Assembly (NCBI GenBank): GCA_043809585.1
Contig: JBDROZ010000041.1
Location: 1 to 64,000, forward strand
DNA from: Candidatus Eiseniibacteriota bacterium
Lineage (GTDB): Bacteria > Orphanbacterota > Orphanbacteria > Orphanbacterales > Orphanbacteraceae
Length of the DNA: 64,000 bases
Direction of reading: 5' to 3'
Under the pieces are notes generated by a model. It saw only the letters and a list, made by a program, of their open reading frames with translations. It did no database searches and was not told the origin of the DNA. Position numbers and translations under genes: made by a program. Positions 18,741 to 27,999 of this stretch are shown piece after piece. Position 1 is the first letter of the stretch; each line of letters opens with the position of its first letter.

Positions 18741-20539
18741 GACGCCCCCCCTTCGCCCAGGCCCTTCCGGATCCGCCGCGCAAGGGCCGGGCCGATTCCC
18801 GGAACTTCGGCCAGCTCCTCCTCCGATGCCTCCCGGATCCTCTTCACCGAGCGGAAACGTCTCAGAAGGGCCTCTCTCTTGGACGGACCGAGGCCGGGTA
18901 GGCCGTCGAGGGCGGAGCGCTTGTACCCGGCGGTTCGCCGCTTTCGCTGGTAAGTGATCGCGAAGCGGTGCGCCTCGTCCCGGAGGCGCTGCAGCAGATG
19001 GAGGGCAGGCCCGTCGGGGAGCCGGATCGGCTCGGAGCGCCCCGGACGGAACACCTCCTCCTCCCGTTTCGCGAGGGAGGCGGCGGCCACCTCCTCGGCG
19101 CCCGCATTCCGGAGGGCCCCCATCGCGCTCGAGAGCTGCCCCTTCCCGCCGTCCACGACAACGAGGTCGGGCAGGTCCTGCCCCTCTTCGAGAAGCCGCC
19201 GAAAGCGCCGTCCCACGATCTCCCCCATGGAGGCGTAGTCGTCGACCCCCCCATCGCCCCGGATCCGGTAGCGCCGGTAGCGTCCCCTCTCCGGCAGCCC
19301 GTCGAGGAAGCAGACCGACGAGCCGACGAGGTCCCGGTCCCCCAGGTTGGAGACGTCGAAGCACTCGATCCGGCGGGGAAGGTCGGCGAGGCCGAGTTCC
19401 CGCTGGAGACCGCGGAGGGCGGCGAAGGAACGGTCCTTCCGGGCGAGCTTCCGGACGATGGTCGCCCGGCGCTCGTGCTCCGCGTTCGCCGCCGCGAGCT
19501 CCACGATCCGCCTCTTGTCCCCCTTCCGCGGGACCCGAATACTGACGGCGCACCCCGCCGGGCCCGCGAGCCACTCCTCAATCGCCTCCCGGTCCGAGAC
19601 CTCCCGGTCGACCAGGATCTCCGAAGGGGGAGTCATCCCCCCCGAATAGATTCTCTTCAAGAAGGGCCCGAGGGGCTCCTCCTCCGCTCCCGCCGCGAGG
19701 GCGAAGGTCTCCTTGCCGCTCATCTTCCCGTCCCGGATCCGGAGAAGCACCGCCACGAGCTCCCCATCCCCCTCGGCGAGGGCGATCGCGTCCCGGTCGG
19801 CGAAGTCGCCCGACGTGATCCGCTGGCGCTCGCCGATCCGTTCCACCGCTTCGATCTGGTCCCGGAGGGCCGCGGCCCTCTCGTACTCCCGGTCCGCCGC
19901 CGCCCGCCCCATCTCCTCCCGGAGACCGGCGACGAGTGCCCGGTTCTTCCCCTTCAGGAAGAGGACCACGTGGTCCACCATCCGGCGGTACTCCTCCTCC
20001 GGCACCTTCCCCTCGCAGGGGCCGAGGCACTTGCCGATCTGGTAGTCGAGGCAGAGCCGGACCGGGGTCTTCGACGGGAAGACATAGGCGCACGAGCGGA
20101 GCGGAAAGAGCCGGATGATCAGGCGGAGGGCCCGGTGCATCGCCTTCGCGTCGGTGTACGGACCGAAGTAGAGGGACCCGTCGTTCTCGATCTTCCGGGT
20201 GCCGTACACCCGGGGAAATTGGTCCCCCACGGTCACCTTGATGAAGGGGTACTTCTTGTCGTCCTTAAGGCGGACGTTGTACCGGGGCCGGTGCTCCTTG
20301 ATCAGGTTCAGCTCGAGGATGAGCGCCTCCTTCTCCGTGTCCACGAGCACCGTCTCGATGTCGACGATGTTCTTCACGAGGGCCCGGAGCCGGGCGTTTT
20401 CGTGAGTGCGGCCGAAGTAGCTCCGCACCCGCTTGCGGAGGGAGTTCGCCTTGCCGACGTAGATCACCGTCCCCCGGGCGTCCTTCATGAGATAGACGCC
20501 CGGGTGATCGGGGATGCGCGGCAGATTCTCCCGATTCAC
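18737..20539 (-). CDS. uvrC: Excinuclease ABC subunit C
   Basis: GIY-YIG N-terminus (PGVYLM..IYVGKA), IECFDVS, VDGGKGQ, RDEAHRFA, HhH tail. Confidence 0.97.
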   Translation of the reverse strand: MNRENLPRIPDHPGVYLMKDARGTVIYVGKANSLRKRVRSYFGRTHENARLRALVKNIVDIETVLVDTEKEALILELNLIKEHRPRYNVRLKDDKKYPFIKVTVGDQFPRVYGTRKIENDGSLYFGPYTDAKAMHRALRLIIRLFPLRSCAYVFPSKTPVRLCLDYQIGKCLGPCEGKVPEEEYRRMVDHVVLFLKGKNRALVAGLREEMGRAAADREYERAAALRDQIEAVERIGERQRITSGDFADRDAIALAEGDGELVAVLLRIRDGKMSGKETFALAAGAEEEPLGPFLKRIYSGGMTPPSEILVDREVSDREAIEEWLAGPAGCAVSIRVPRKGDKRRIVELAAANAEHERRATIVRKLARKDRSFAALRGLQRELGLADLPRRIECFDVSNLGDRDLVGSSVCFLDGLPERGRYRRYRIRGDGGVDDYASMGEIVGRRFRRLLEEGQDLPDLVVVDGGKGQLSSAMGALRNAGAEEVAAASLAKREEEVFRPGRSEPIRLPDGPALHLLQRLRDEAHRFAITYQRKRRTAGYKRSALDGLPGLGPSKREALLRRFRSVKRIREASEEELAEVPGIGPALARRIRKGLGEGGAS

Positions 20540-20573
20540 GGCCGGTCTCCTTCTCTCCCAGTGTAGGCGCCCT

Positions 20574-22172
20574 CTACCGCGGCGGCAAGGGTCGGCGGAG
20601 GAGGGCGGCCTTCACGTCCGCGAGTTCCCGGCGGCAGAGGAGCGCCGCGAGACCGACGTAGACGCCCCCCCCGATCAGGATGGTTCCCGCGACGTGGACG
20701 ATCTGCGCCGGGAGCGTCGGGACGGTGGGCCGGAGCCGGCCGTCCACGAGCCAGAGAGCGGCGCCCATCCCGAGGGCCGAGAGGGTGATCCGGAAAGACG
20801 AGGAGAGGAGATGCCCCCCGAGGGGACCGGTCCTGCGGACCAGCGCCCCGAGGAGCAGGAAGAAGTTGGCCGCCCCGGCGAGGGCCGTGGCGAGGGCGAG
20901 CCCGCCCACCCCGAGGGGGCGATAGAGCAGGAAATCGAACAGGATGTTGGCCGCCAGCGCGATCCCTCCCGCCACGACGGGGGTCCTCGTGTCCCGCATC
21001 GAGAAGAAGACCTGGGAGACCCCCTTCACGCCGCCGTAGGCGAAGAGCCCCGCCGAATAGAGGAGAAGGGCGGTCGACGTGAGGTCGAGGGAGCGGCCGG
21101 CGTCGAAGGCGCCCCGCACGAAGAGGAGCTGGATGATCGGCCGCCGGAGCGCCATGAGCCCCACCGACGCGGGGATGAGCAGGAAGAAGAGCATTCGCAG
21201 CGAGTAGGCAAGGGTTCGTTTCGCCCGTTCCACGCCGTCCAACGCCACCTGGGCGGAGAGGGAAGGGAGCGACGCGGAGGCGATGGCCGTCGCGAAAATC
21301 GCGAGGGGGAGGAGCATGACGCGGTTTCCGAGGCGGAGCGCCGTGACCGACCCTTCGGAGAGGAGGGTGGCGAAGAAGGTGTCCACGAGGGTGTTGACCT
21401 GCACGACCGCGAGGCCGACGACGCCGGGGAGCATCAGCTTCCCCACCGCCCGGAGCTCCGGGCTCCGGAGGTCGACGTGGGGGGTGAACCGGAAGCCCTT
21501 GCTCCGAAGGGTCGGGATCTGCACGAGGAGCTGCCCGAGGGAGCCGACGACGACGCCGGCGCAGAAGAGATCGATCCGCGCCGTTCCCTCGGCCGGCGCC
21601 TTCCAGGCGACGAGCGCGAAGGCGATGATCCCCACGTTCCACACCACCGGCGAGAGGGCGGGCACCGTGAAGTGCCGGAGCCCGTTCAAGATCCCCATGA
21701 CGAGGACCGCGGGGCCGATGAACAGAAGGTACGGGACGAGGATCCTCGTGAGGCGTACCGCCGCGTCGATCCGCTCCGGCTCCCCCCGCCACCCCGCCGC
21801 GTAGAGACGGACCACGGCGGGCGCGAAGAGCAACGCCGCCACCACGGAGAGGACGAGGAGAATCGATAGAACGGTGAGCGCGTTCGACCCGAACCGCCAC
21901 GCCTCCCTCTCCCCCTTGGCGATCCTGTGCTGCGTGAACACCGGAATGAAGGCGGCGTTCATCACCGCCTCGCCGAAGAGGCGCCGGAAGAACTGGGGCA
22001 TGGAGAAGGCGAGGTTGAACGCGTCGGCGTAGAGGGAGGTTCCGAACAGGAAGGCAAATACCACGTCCCGGACCATTCCGAAGATGTGGGAGACGAAGGT
22101 GGCGGCGCCGATCTTCCCGGCGGAGCGCCCGATCTCGGCGTGCTCGTCCCGCTGCCTCTCCCCGTCCGTCAT
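20574..22172 (-). CDS. murJ: Lipid II flippase MurJ
   Basis: GMVRD, FRRLFGE, AAFIPVF, QVNTLVDT; many TM segments. Confidence 0.93.
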   Translation of the reverse strand: MTDGERQRDEHAEIGRSAGKIGAATFVSHIFGMVRDVVFAFLFGTSLYADAFNLAFSMPQFFRRLFGEAVMNAAFIPVFTQHRIAKGEREAWRFGSNALTVLSILLVLSVVAALLFAPAVVRLYAAGWRGEPERIDAAVRLTRILVPYLLFIGPAVLVMGILNGLRHFTVPALSPVVWNVGIIAFALVAWKAPAEGTARIDLFCAGVVVGSLGQLLVQIPTLRSKGFRFTPHVDLRSPELRAVGKLMLPGVVGLAVVQVNTLVDTFFATLLSEGSVTALRLGNRVMLLPLAIFATAIASASLPSLSAQVALDGVERAKRTLAYSLRMLFFLLIPASVGLMALRRPIIQLLFVRGAFDAGRSLDLTSTALLLYSAGLFAYGGVKGVSQVFFSMRDTRTPVVAGGIALAANILFDFLLYRPLGVGGLALATALAGAANFFLLLGALVRRTGPLGGHLLSSSFRITLSALGMGAALWLVDGRLRPTVPTLPAQIVHVAGTILIGGGVYVGLAALLCRRELADVKAALLRRPLPPR

Positions 22173-22271
22173 GATTGGCTCCCCCGCCTCGCGCCGTTCC
22201 GCCGAGGTTTTCGGATACGCTACACGATTCGCGGAGGGAGGGGAATCGGGAACGGCGCCCGGGAAAGAGGT

Positions 22272-22814
22272 CTACCGAAAGAGTCCCTTCACCGTTCCCC
22301 AGGTCGAAGCCGGGGGAAGGGGGGGCGCGATCGCGACCGAGGCGCCGATCGACCCGTCCACCGTCCCGGTCACGAAGGAGCGGGCGAACCACCCCGAGTT
22401 CTGCTCGTCCACGACGAGCTCCGCGAGGGCCTCGCCGGCGGCCCGGTAGGTGACGGTGACCGCGAGGAACGGAGGGGCCAGGGGACCGAAGAACCGGTTC
22501 GCCGCTCCGAGATAGACGCATCCCGGCGACCGCGATTCGGGAGTCTCGTTCGTCCACGCGCCGGGCATCCGGTACGCGGCGTCCACGAACTCGAGGGCGC
22601 CGCCGGGAGAGCAGAGGGTGATCCCCCACGCCACGAGCGGCTCCCCCCCCACGAACCAGAGATCGACCGCGATCTCTTCTCCGACCCGGACGGTGTCCCG
22701 ATCGGCGCCGTCCCCGACGACCCCGCTCAGGTCGACCTCCACAATCGGCCCGGCGGAGCCGCCCCCGGTTCCGACGAGAATCGCGAAGACCGCCGCCCAT
22801 GTCGTCCTCTTCAT
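22272..22814 (-). CDS. Secreted beta-sandwich (cohesin-like) protein with C-terminal WGTVKGLFR motif
   Basis: Signal peptide MKRTTWAAVFAILV..., beta-rich body, Pro linker, tail ASTWGTVKGLFR. Confidence 0.65.
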   Translation of the reverse strand: MKRTTWAAVFAILVGTGGGSAGPIVEVDLSGVVGDGADRDTVRVGEEIAVDLWFVGGEPLVAWGITLCSPGGALEFVDAAYRMPGAWTNETPESRSPGCVYLGAANRFFGPLAPPFLAVTVTYRAAGEALAELVVDEQNSGWFARSFVTGTVDGSIGASVAIAPPLPPASTWGTVKGLFR

Positions 22815-22901
22815 GACCCACCCCCGATCCAGGCGTCGATTCCTATATCGGCAGAACGGGGGCTTCGGAGGAGACGGGGCGTTCGGGACCGACCCGAGTA
22901 T

Positions 22902-23088
22902 CCCGGGGGCCGAAGTTTCGGCACGGCTTCGTCACGAGGCCCCGCGTCCCGGCCCGGAGATCCCGCGGACCGGAAGCGAGCGGCTCCCCTCTCATCCTGA
23001 TTCCCTGGCCCGGGGGCCGCGGTTTCGGGACGGATTCGTCACGAGGCCCCGCGTCCCGGCCTGGAGATCCCGCGGACCGGAAGCGAGC
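22902..23088. repeat. Two-copy 80-bp direct repeat, 107-bp period
   Basis: 22902-22981 vs 23009-23088, 5 mismatches by manual alignment. Confidence 0.88.
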
Positions 23089-23100
23089 CCGTCACGAGAG

Positions 23101-23211
23101 ATCGTCCCGGGCGGCGAGAGGACGACTCTGGACGAGGAACTCCCGGAGGCGTAGCCGAAGCTACTCCGAGGAAGTGACGAAGGAAGAGCGTCCTCGCAGC
23201 CCCCGGGACGA
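23101..23211. repeat. Long imperfect palindrome / structured element
   Basis: Nested arms TCGTCCCGGG/CCCGGGACGA, GAGGACG/CGTCCTC, GTAGC-CGAA-GCTAC. Confidence 0.65.
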
Positions 23212-23244
23212 GTTCGCAGTAGGGATCGATTGCGGCCCGCGGGA

Positions 23245-24465
23245 TCAAAAGCCCATCAGGCCGCAACAGCGCCGGCAGACCGGCATGATGCCTTCCTCGG
23301 CGATCGACTTGCGGAACTCGAGGGCCCTCTCGTTGTTCCACATGTCCTGCACGTGGTCCCGGGCGATGTTGCCGATCACGTAGTCGTGAAAATCCCGGCA
23401 GAGCGAGACGTTCCCGTTGCTGTCCACCTCGCAGGTCATGAAGATGCTGACGCACTGCCGGTAGCCGAAATCGTCGTCGTGCCGGCTGTAGTACCGCTCG
23501 ATCTCCTCCCGGGTCTGGAGGTCCGGCATCGAGATGGGCGGGCACTTTCCGGTCTCCCTGTTGATCCCCCGTATCTCCTCCAGCTTCTCGTGGACGAGAC
23601 CGTGATCGAAGTCCTTCCATCCGCCGATCCACCCGAGGTGGGTCGAGGGCGTGAAACCGAAGCGCCGTTCGAAGTCGTGAGAGTGGGCCTTCGCGTTCTC
23701 CTCGTCGATCCACCAGGTCAAATACAGGATGTGGGCGTCCGCGTAGCCCGCGACGAATCGATGCAGATCGACGAGCCGGTCGATGTTGTAGCTCGTGACG
23801 CACGACAGAGGGATGATCAGCGGAAAGAAAGACCCCCGTCGCTCTTTCTCCGCCTTCACCGCCTCGAGCGCCGCCTTCACGTCACCGAAGTTGTTCGTCC
23901 CCGCCCCCGCCCCCGGCCGCTGGGTGTTGTGGGTCGCCTCGTCCGGGCCGTCGACGCTGATGTAAAAGATCCGGCACGTCTCGACGATGTGCTCCGCGTT
24001 CTCCGCGACCCGGGTTCCGTTGGTCACGATCGAAATCGGCATGCGGCGGTCGTGGATGTAATGGAGAAGCTCGTTCATCCCCGGATAGAGCATCGGCTCC
24101 CCGCCCCACACGTACCAAATCGGCGCCCATCCCGCACCGAGGATCTGGTCGACGAACCGCTTGTACACGGCCACATCGACCTCCTGGTCCTTCAGTTCCC
24201 GCATCGACTTGCCGAGGAGATATCCGTTGTCCCCCCACTGCCCACACGAGTGGCATCGAAGATTGCACCGGTCGGTGATGCGCAGACTGACCAGCTGGAG
24301 GTCGTCCCCCTTCCCGTGCTTCGCCCCCCGGGGATGGCGCAGGTGGAAGATCTCCTTCGACGCCTGGTAGCGAAGAAAGGTCTTGGACGTGATCCAGTCA
24401 TCGGTGAGGGCCGAAGCCAGATTCCGGATGAAACCCCGGGGGGGGATGCGGCTGCGAATCGCCAA
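23245..24465 (-). CDS. Radical SAM protein with SPASM/twitch domain
   Basis: CNLRCHSC, GGEP, TNG, SVDG; C-terminal C..C..GN..CRRCC. TTG start uncertain. Confidence 0.9.
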   Translation of the reverse strand: MAIRSRIPPRGFIRNLASALTDDWITSKTFLRYQASKEIFHLRHPRGAKHGKGDDLQLVSLRITDRCNLRCHSCGQWGDNGYLLGKSMRELKDQEVDVAVYKRFVDQILGAGWAPIWYVWGGEPMLYPGMNELLHYIHDRRMPISIVTNGTRVAENAEHIVETCRIFYISVDGPDEATHNTQRPGAGAGTNNFGDVKAALEAVKAEKERRGSFFPLIIPLSCVTSYNIDRLVDLHRFVAGYADAHILYLTWWIDEENAKAHSHDFERRFGFTPSTHLGWIGGWKDFDHGLVHEKLEEIRGINRETGKCPPISMPDLQTREEIERYYSRHDDDFGYRQCVSIFMTCEVDSNGNVSLCRDFHDYVIGNIARDHVQDMWNNERALEFRKSIAEEGIMPVCRRCCGLMGF

Positions 24466-25782
24466 TTAGTCTTCTCCTTCCGAGAGATCCTCGAGGCCGA
24501 GGCCGGGATCGACGACGCCGAGAATGCGCGCGAGAGGGTACCGCGCACCCCGAAGGACCCGCCCGAACCGCGGCTCCCTCTCGGGCTTCGGCTCGACCCG
24601 TCCCAGAACTCGGCACCCGTCGGGTCCCCGGTTCGTGTATCTCACCCGCCCCCAAACGATGGACCGTTTGAAGACGGCGCAGACACCGTTGACGCCCCCG
24701 AGAAGGAGCGCGAACGGAACCGTCAGGGAGGACAATACCAGAGTCCGCCGGATGCGGGGGTCCCGGCGGATCCGTTCCGGCAAGGTCATCGCGAAGAGGA
24801 GATAACTCCCCGATTCGAGCAGAGGCACGGCGAGGAGCGGGTAGAACCGGGCGGGCTCGAACAAGACCAGCGGCAGGGTCAGCGCGAACACGAGTCCCTT
24901 GGGCAACAGGAGGGTCAGGCTGAGCACCCACGAAACGCGGAGACCCATCCAGTAAGTCACCGCCATCTGCCGGTTGGTGAACTCGAGAACCTGCTTCCAC
25001 CGCCTCTCCCCGCTGAAGTGCGAGGGCAGGACGTCGGGGACGAAGTGGATCCGCCGCCCAAGCTCGGTCATCGCCTTCGTCATATGCTGATCCTCGAACG
25101 TCGCCCGTTCCCAGCGCCGCCGGATTCCCCCTTCGTCGAAGACATCCCGTCGGATCGCCGACGAACCGCCCCAGACCATGCCGATCCGGGGAACGCTATA
25201 GAGAGGAATCTGGAAGTTCACCCAAACCGCCTCGGTGTACGAGACGATGCTGGGTACGAGGGGCGCGTAAAACCTCGCGCCCGTGGAGACGCCGATCTCC
25301 CGGTCCTGGAGAGGCTCCACGAGACGGGCCAACCAATCACGATCGATCCCCGCGTCCGCGTCGACGAAAGCGAAGACCTCGACATCGTCGTCGACCGCCT
25401 CCAGGGCGGTCAGCAGGTTCTCCGCCTTCTGGGACCTTTGCCGCCCTTCATCCACGACGTTCCGGGCGAGAAGAACCCGGGCCCGGGAATCTCCGGCGGC
25501 GATCCGCCGCAGGTGATCGTGGGACGAGTCCGCACCCCGTTCGTTCCGGTGGGTGACGAAGTAGACCCGGTAGGAGCCTCCATAGTCGAGATCGAGCAGG
25601 CGCCTTACGTTCTCTTCGGTCCCCCCCTCCCAGCCGTAGTGGGGGGCGATGACGGCGACCTTCGGATGAAAAGGAGCCCACCTTCTGGATCGAGTCCGCG
25701 AGGCGTACCGGAAGGCCTGAACGAGCAGAACCAGCTCCACGAGAAAGACGGAACCGGTGATGGCGACGAGGATCTCGATCAT
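24466..25782 (-). CDS. Membrane GT2/GT21 (ceramide glucosyltransferase/HpnI-like) glycosyltransferase
   Basis: N-terminal TM, K..NL, DAD, WGGS, ED motifs; C-terminal TMs and W.G..Y-like tail. Confidence 0.8.
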   Translation of the reverse strand: MIEILVAITGSVFLVELVLLVQAFRYASRTRSRRWAPFHPKVAVIAPHYGWEGGTEENVRRLLDLDYGGSYRVYFVTHRNERGADSSHDHLRRIAAGDSRARVLLARNVVDEGRQRSQKAENLLTALEAVDDDVEVFAFVDADAGIDRDWLARLVEPLQDREIGVSTGARFYAPLVPSIVSYTEAVWVNFQIPLYSVPRIGMVWGGSSAIRRDVFDEGGIRRRWERATFEDQHMTKAMTELGRRIHFVPDVLPSHFSGERRWKQVLEFTNRQMAVTYWMGLRVSWVLSLTLLLPKGLVFALTLPLVLFEPARFYPLLAVPLLESGSYLLFAMTLPERIRRDPRIRRTLVLSSLTVPFALLLGGVNGVCAVFKRSIVWGRVRYTNRGPDGCRVLGRVEPKPEREPRFGRVLRGARYPLARILGVVDPGLGLEDLSEGED

Positions 25783-25928
25783 GAATGGCTCACATTCATA
25801 TCCGTCCTTTACCCGCTCCGTCCGACCCGGATCCGTTGTTTCGTCGAACCCCACACGGGTGATGCGGGTCCACCCGAACGGATTCATGGGCGGCAATACC
25901 GCCCGTTACGCGGAGGATGCTCGCCGAG

Positions 25929-25957
25929 AGGATAACCGCGCCGGTCGGGGTTGTCAA
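25929..25957 (-). promoter_or_regulatory. Sigma70-like promoter for the GT-radical SAM pair
   Basis: TTGACA-17 nt-TATCCT on the minus strand. Confidence 0.65.
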
Positions 25958-26177
25958 AAGCTCCGGCGACAATTCCGGGGTGCGGCCCGGCCTGGGGCGG
26001 AGACCGGCCTGGGGGTGAGACCGGGAAGAGGGCGCACTCCCACCTCGGAGAAGAGGGAGACCCGGGCGGGCGGTCCCGCCCTCTCGACGGTTCCCCGGCT
26101 CGGGGGCCCGCGCTCGGCGCGGGCCCCCTCCCCGATCGTGTCACTCGGCGCTCCTCGACGAAGCGGCGGCCCTCCCC

Positions 26178-27611
26178 TCAGTCGAGGGGATCGTGAAACA
26201 AGTTCTTGATCGCCCCCCAGCTCTTTCCCGTCGTCCATGTCCCGGACTGACCGTTCGTCTCCTGGGGGCTGTAGTCCCAGTCGAACCCTTCCAGCGAGGG
26301 CCTGGTCCACTCCCCGTACCCGTCGGGAAGGCGGATCATCGATTCGCCGTGATTGCCCTCGGATCCGTACGACCTCTCGTCGACGAGCTCGCCCATCCGC
26401 CGGAGCTCGACGGTGTCTCCCGTGTTGGAGAGCCCGTTGCCGATCCGGCCGTCGTCCACGTACACGCCGCCGTCGAATCCTGCGGGAGAGCCGCCGCCGA
26501 AGAGGGTGACGAACCCGTGGGCCGGAATCGTCGAGCCGGCGGGGAACTGGAACTCGCCTCCCGGCGCGTCATCGTCCGAGAGGGTCCAGCCCGAGAGGTC
26601 CACCGGATCGTCGCCGGCGTTGAAGAGCTCGACGAACTCGTCCTGGTAAACGTCGATGAGCCCATCTCCGTTCGCGTCCGACGGGGGCGCGGCGAGGATC
26701 TCGTTGATCATCACCAGAGGAAGATGGTCCTCCACGACGTACCCGTACGTTTCCCCCGGCGCCCCCGGAGGATCGTACGCGGCGTTGGTCTCGTCGTCGG
26801 TGGCGCAAAGGTAGTAATCCACCGCCGCCCCGTCCGCCTGGGGCGGGAGGAGCGTCTCGTACCAGCCGCCGCCGATGTCGCTCATGACCATTACGTGATA
26901 GATGCCGCCGTCGACGCGGTAGTAGACCAAGGCCTGGTCGACGACGCCGTCGTCCTGGACCTGGGCGCCCACGATCACCGTGTCCGCCGAGGTCGGGTAG
27001 GGGGGATCGTGCTGGGCGCCGGTGATGACCGGCGGTCCCGAAACCACGCCCCAGGCGTCGTTCGCCGCGCCGGGGGTGCCGTAGTCCCCGTCGCCGTAGG
27101 TGGAGACGACGCACTCCTCCCAGTTCGATCCGTCGTTGTTCTCCCACGCCGGATTCCGGAGCTCCATGGACGCCCCGGTCGGGTCGGGAAAGGTCGAGCC
27201 GTCGTCGTAGGCCACCGAGTCGATCGTCCCCCCGCCGTCCCGGATCACCACCCGGTCGTCGCCGTTGGCGAGGGTGATGCCCGAGTAACGGTAATCGCAG
27301 GTGAACCCCCCGTTGACCGACGGATCATCGTTCCGGCCGAGCACGAGGAAGCCTCCCGCGGCGAGGACCAGGGTCCCGCCCGCGTCGATGGTGTGCTCCT
27401 CGGCAGCGCCGTCGCCTACGGTCCACCCGTCGATGTCGATGTCCGCCCCCGTCGGGTTGTACAACTCGATCCATTCGCCGTACGTGTCGCTCACCGCGTC
27501 CGGATTCTGCATGATCTCGGTGATGACCACGTCCCCCGGGGAAGCGCTCCATACGAGGGGCGCGATGACCGCCCAAGCCAGCAATAGAAACAGAAACCAA
27601 ATCGCTCTCAT
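26178..27611 (-). CDS. Secreted protein with two lamin-tail domains and C-terminal WGAIKNLF motif
   Basis: Signal peptide; VVITEIMQNP..GEWIELYN..GTPG and VMINEIL..DEFVELFN; central Ig-like segment; GGAGG upstream. Confidence 0.8.
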   Translation of the reverse strand: MRAIWFLFLLLAWAVIAPLVWSASPGDVVITEIMQNPDAVSDTYGEWIELYNPTGADIDIDGWTVGDGAAEEHTIDAGGTLVLAAGGFLVLGRNDDPSVNGGFTCDYRYSGITLANGDDRVVIRDGGGTIDSVAYDDGSTFPDPTGASMELRNPAWENNDGSNWEECVVSTYGDGDYGTPGAANDAWGVVSGPPVITGAQHDPPYPTSADTVIVGAQVQDDGVVDQALVYYRVDGGIYHVMVMSDIGGGWYETLLPPQADGAAVDYYLCATDDETNAAYDPPGAPGETYGYVVEDHLPLVMINEILAAPPSDANGDGLIDVYQDEFVELFNAGDDPVDLSGWTLSDDDAPGGEFQFPAGSTIPAHGFVTLFGGGSPAGFDGGVYVDDGRIGNGLSNTGDTVELRRMGELVDERSYGSEGNHGESMIRLPDGYGEWTRPSLEGFDWDYSPQETNGQSGTWTTGKSWGAIKNLFHDPLD

Positions 27612-27999
27612 CCGCACATCCTCCCATCTACCGGTTTCATTGATTTCTCGATGATCACCCGTCCCGGAACCGTGCTCCCCCGACCACCCCCTTCCTCCGG
27701 GCGACTTCTCGTCGTGGGGGATCAGCACGATTCGTTCCCGGGAGGCCGGCGGGCTTCCCTTTCGTAACGCCATAGCCGGAGACGCGGAACGCGTGCGCCT
27801 GTGGAGCCTCTCGTCCCCGGGCGGCCACGGTCTGGCCGTCCCGAGCGGCGGGGTGACCACGGGGAGTTCACGGGCCCGGTCGCAGGGATGGGGGGACGCC
27901 CGCGCGGCCGCCGTCCGCGCCGGTCGCCACCGAACGCGAAAGCGCCCGGTCCCCCTGCGGGGTCCGGGCGCGCGAGGAACTGGGACGAGGTTCTTTGTT

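Noticed and set aside
22902-23098. Possible CRISPR array
   Set aside because: Only two 80-bp units, wrong repeat/spacer geometry, and no cas genes in the window.
27820-27920. ZTP riboswitch-like ACCACGGGGAG
   Set aside because: Other consensus elements are missing and it points toward a gene 3' end rather than a leader.
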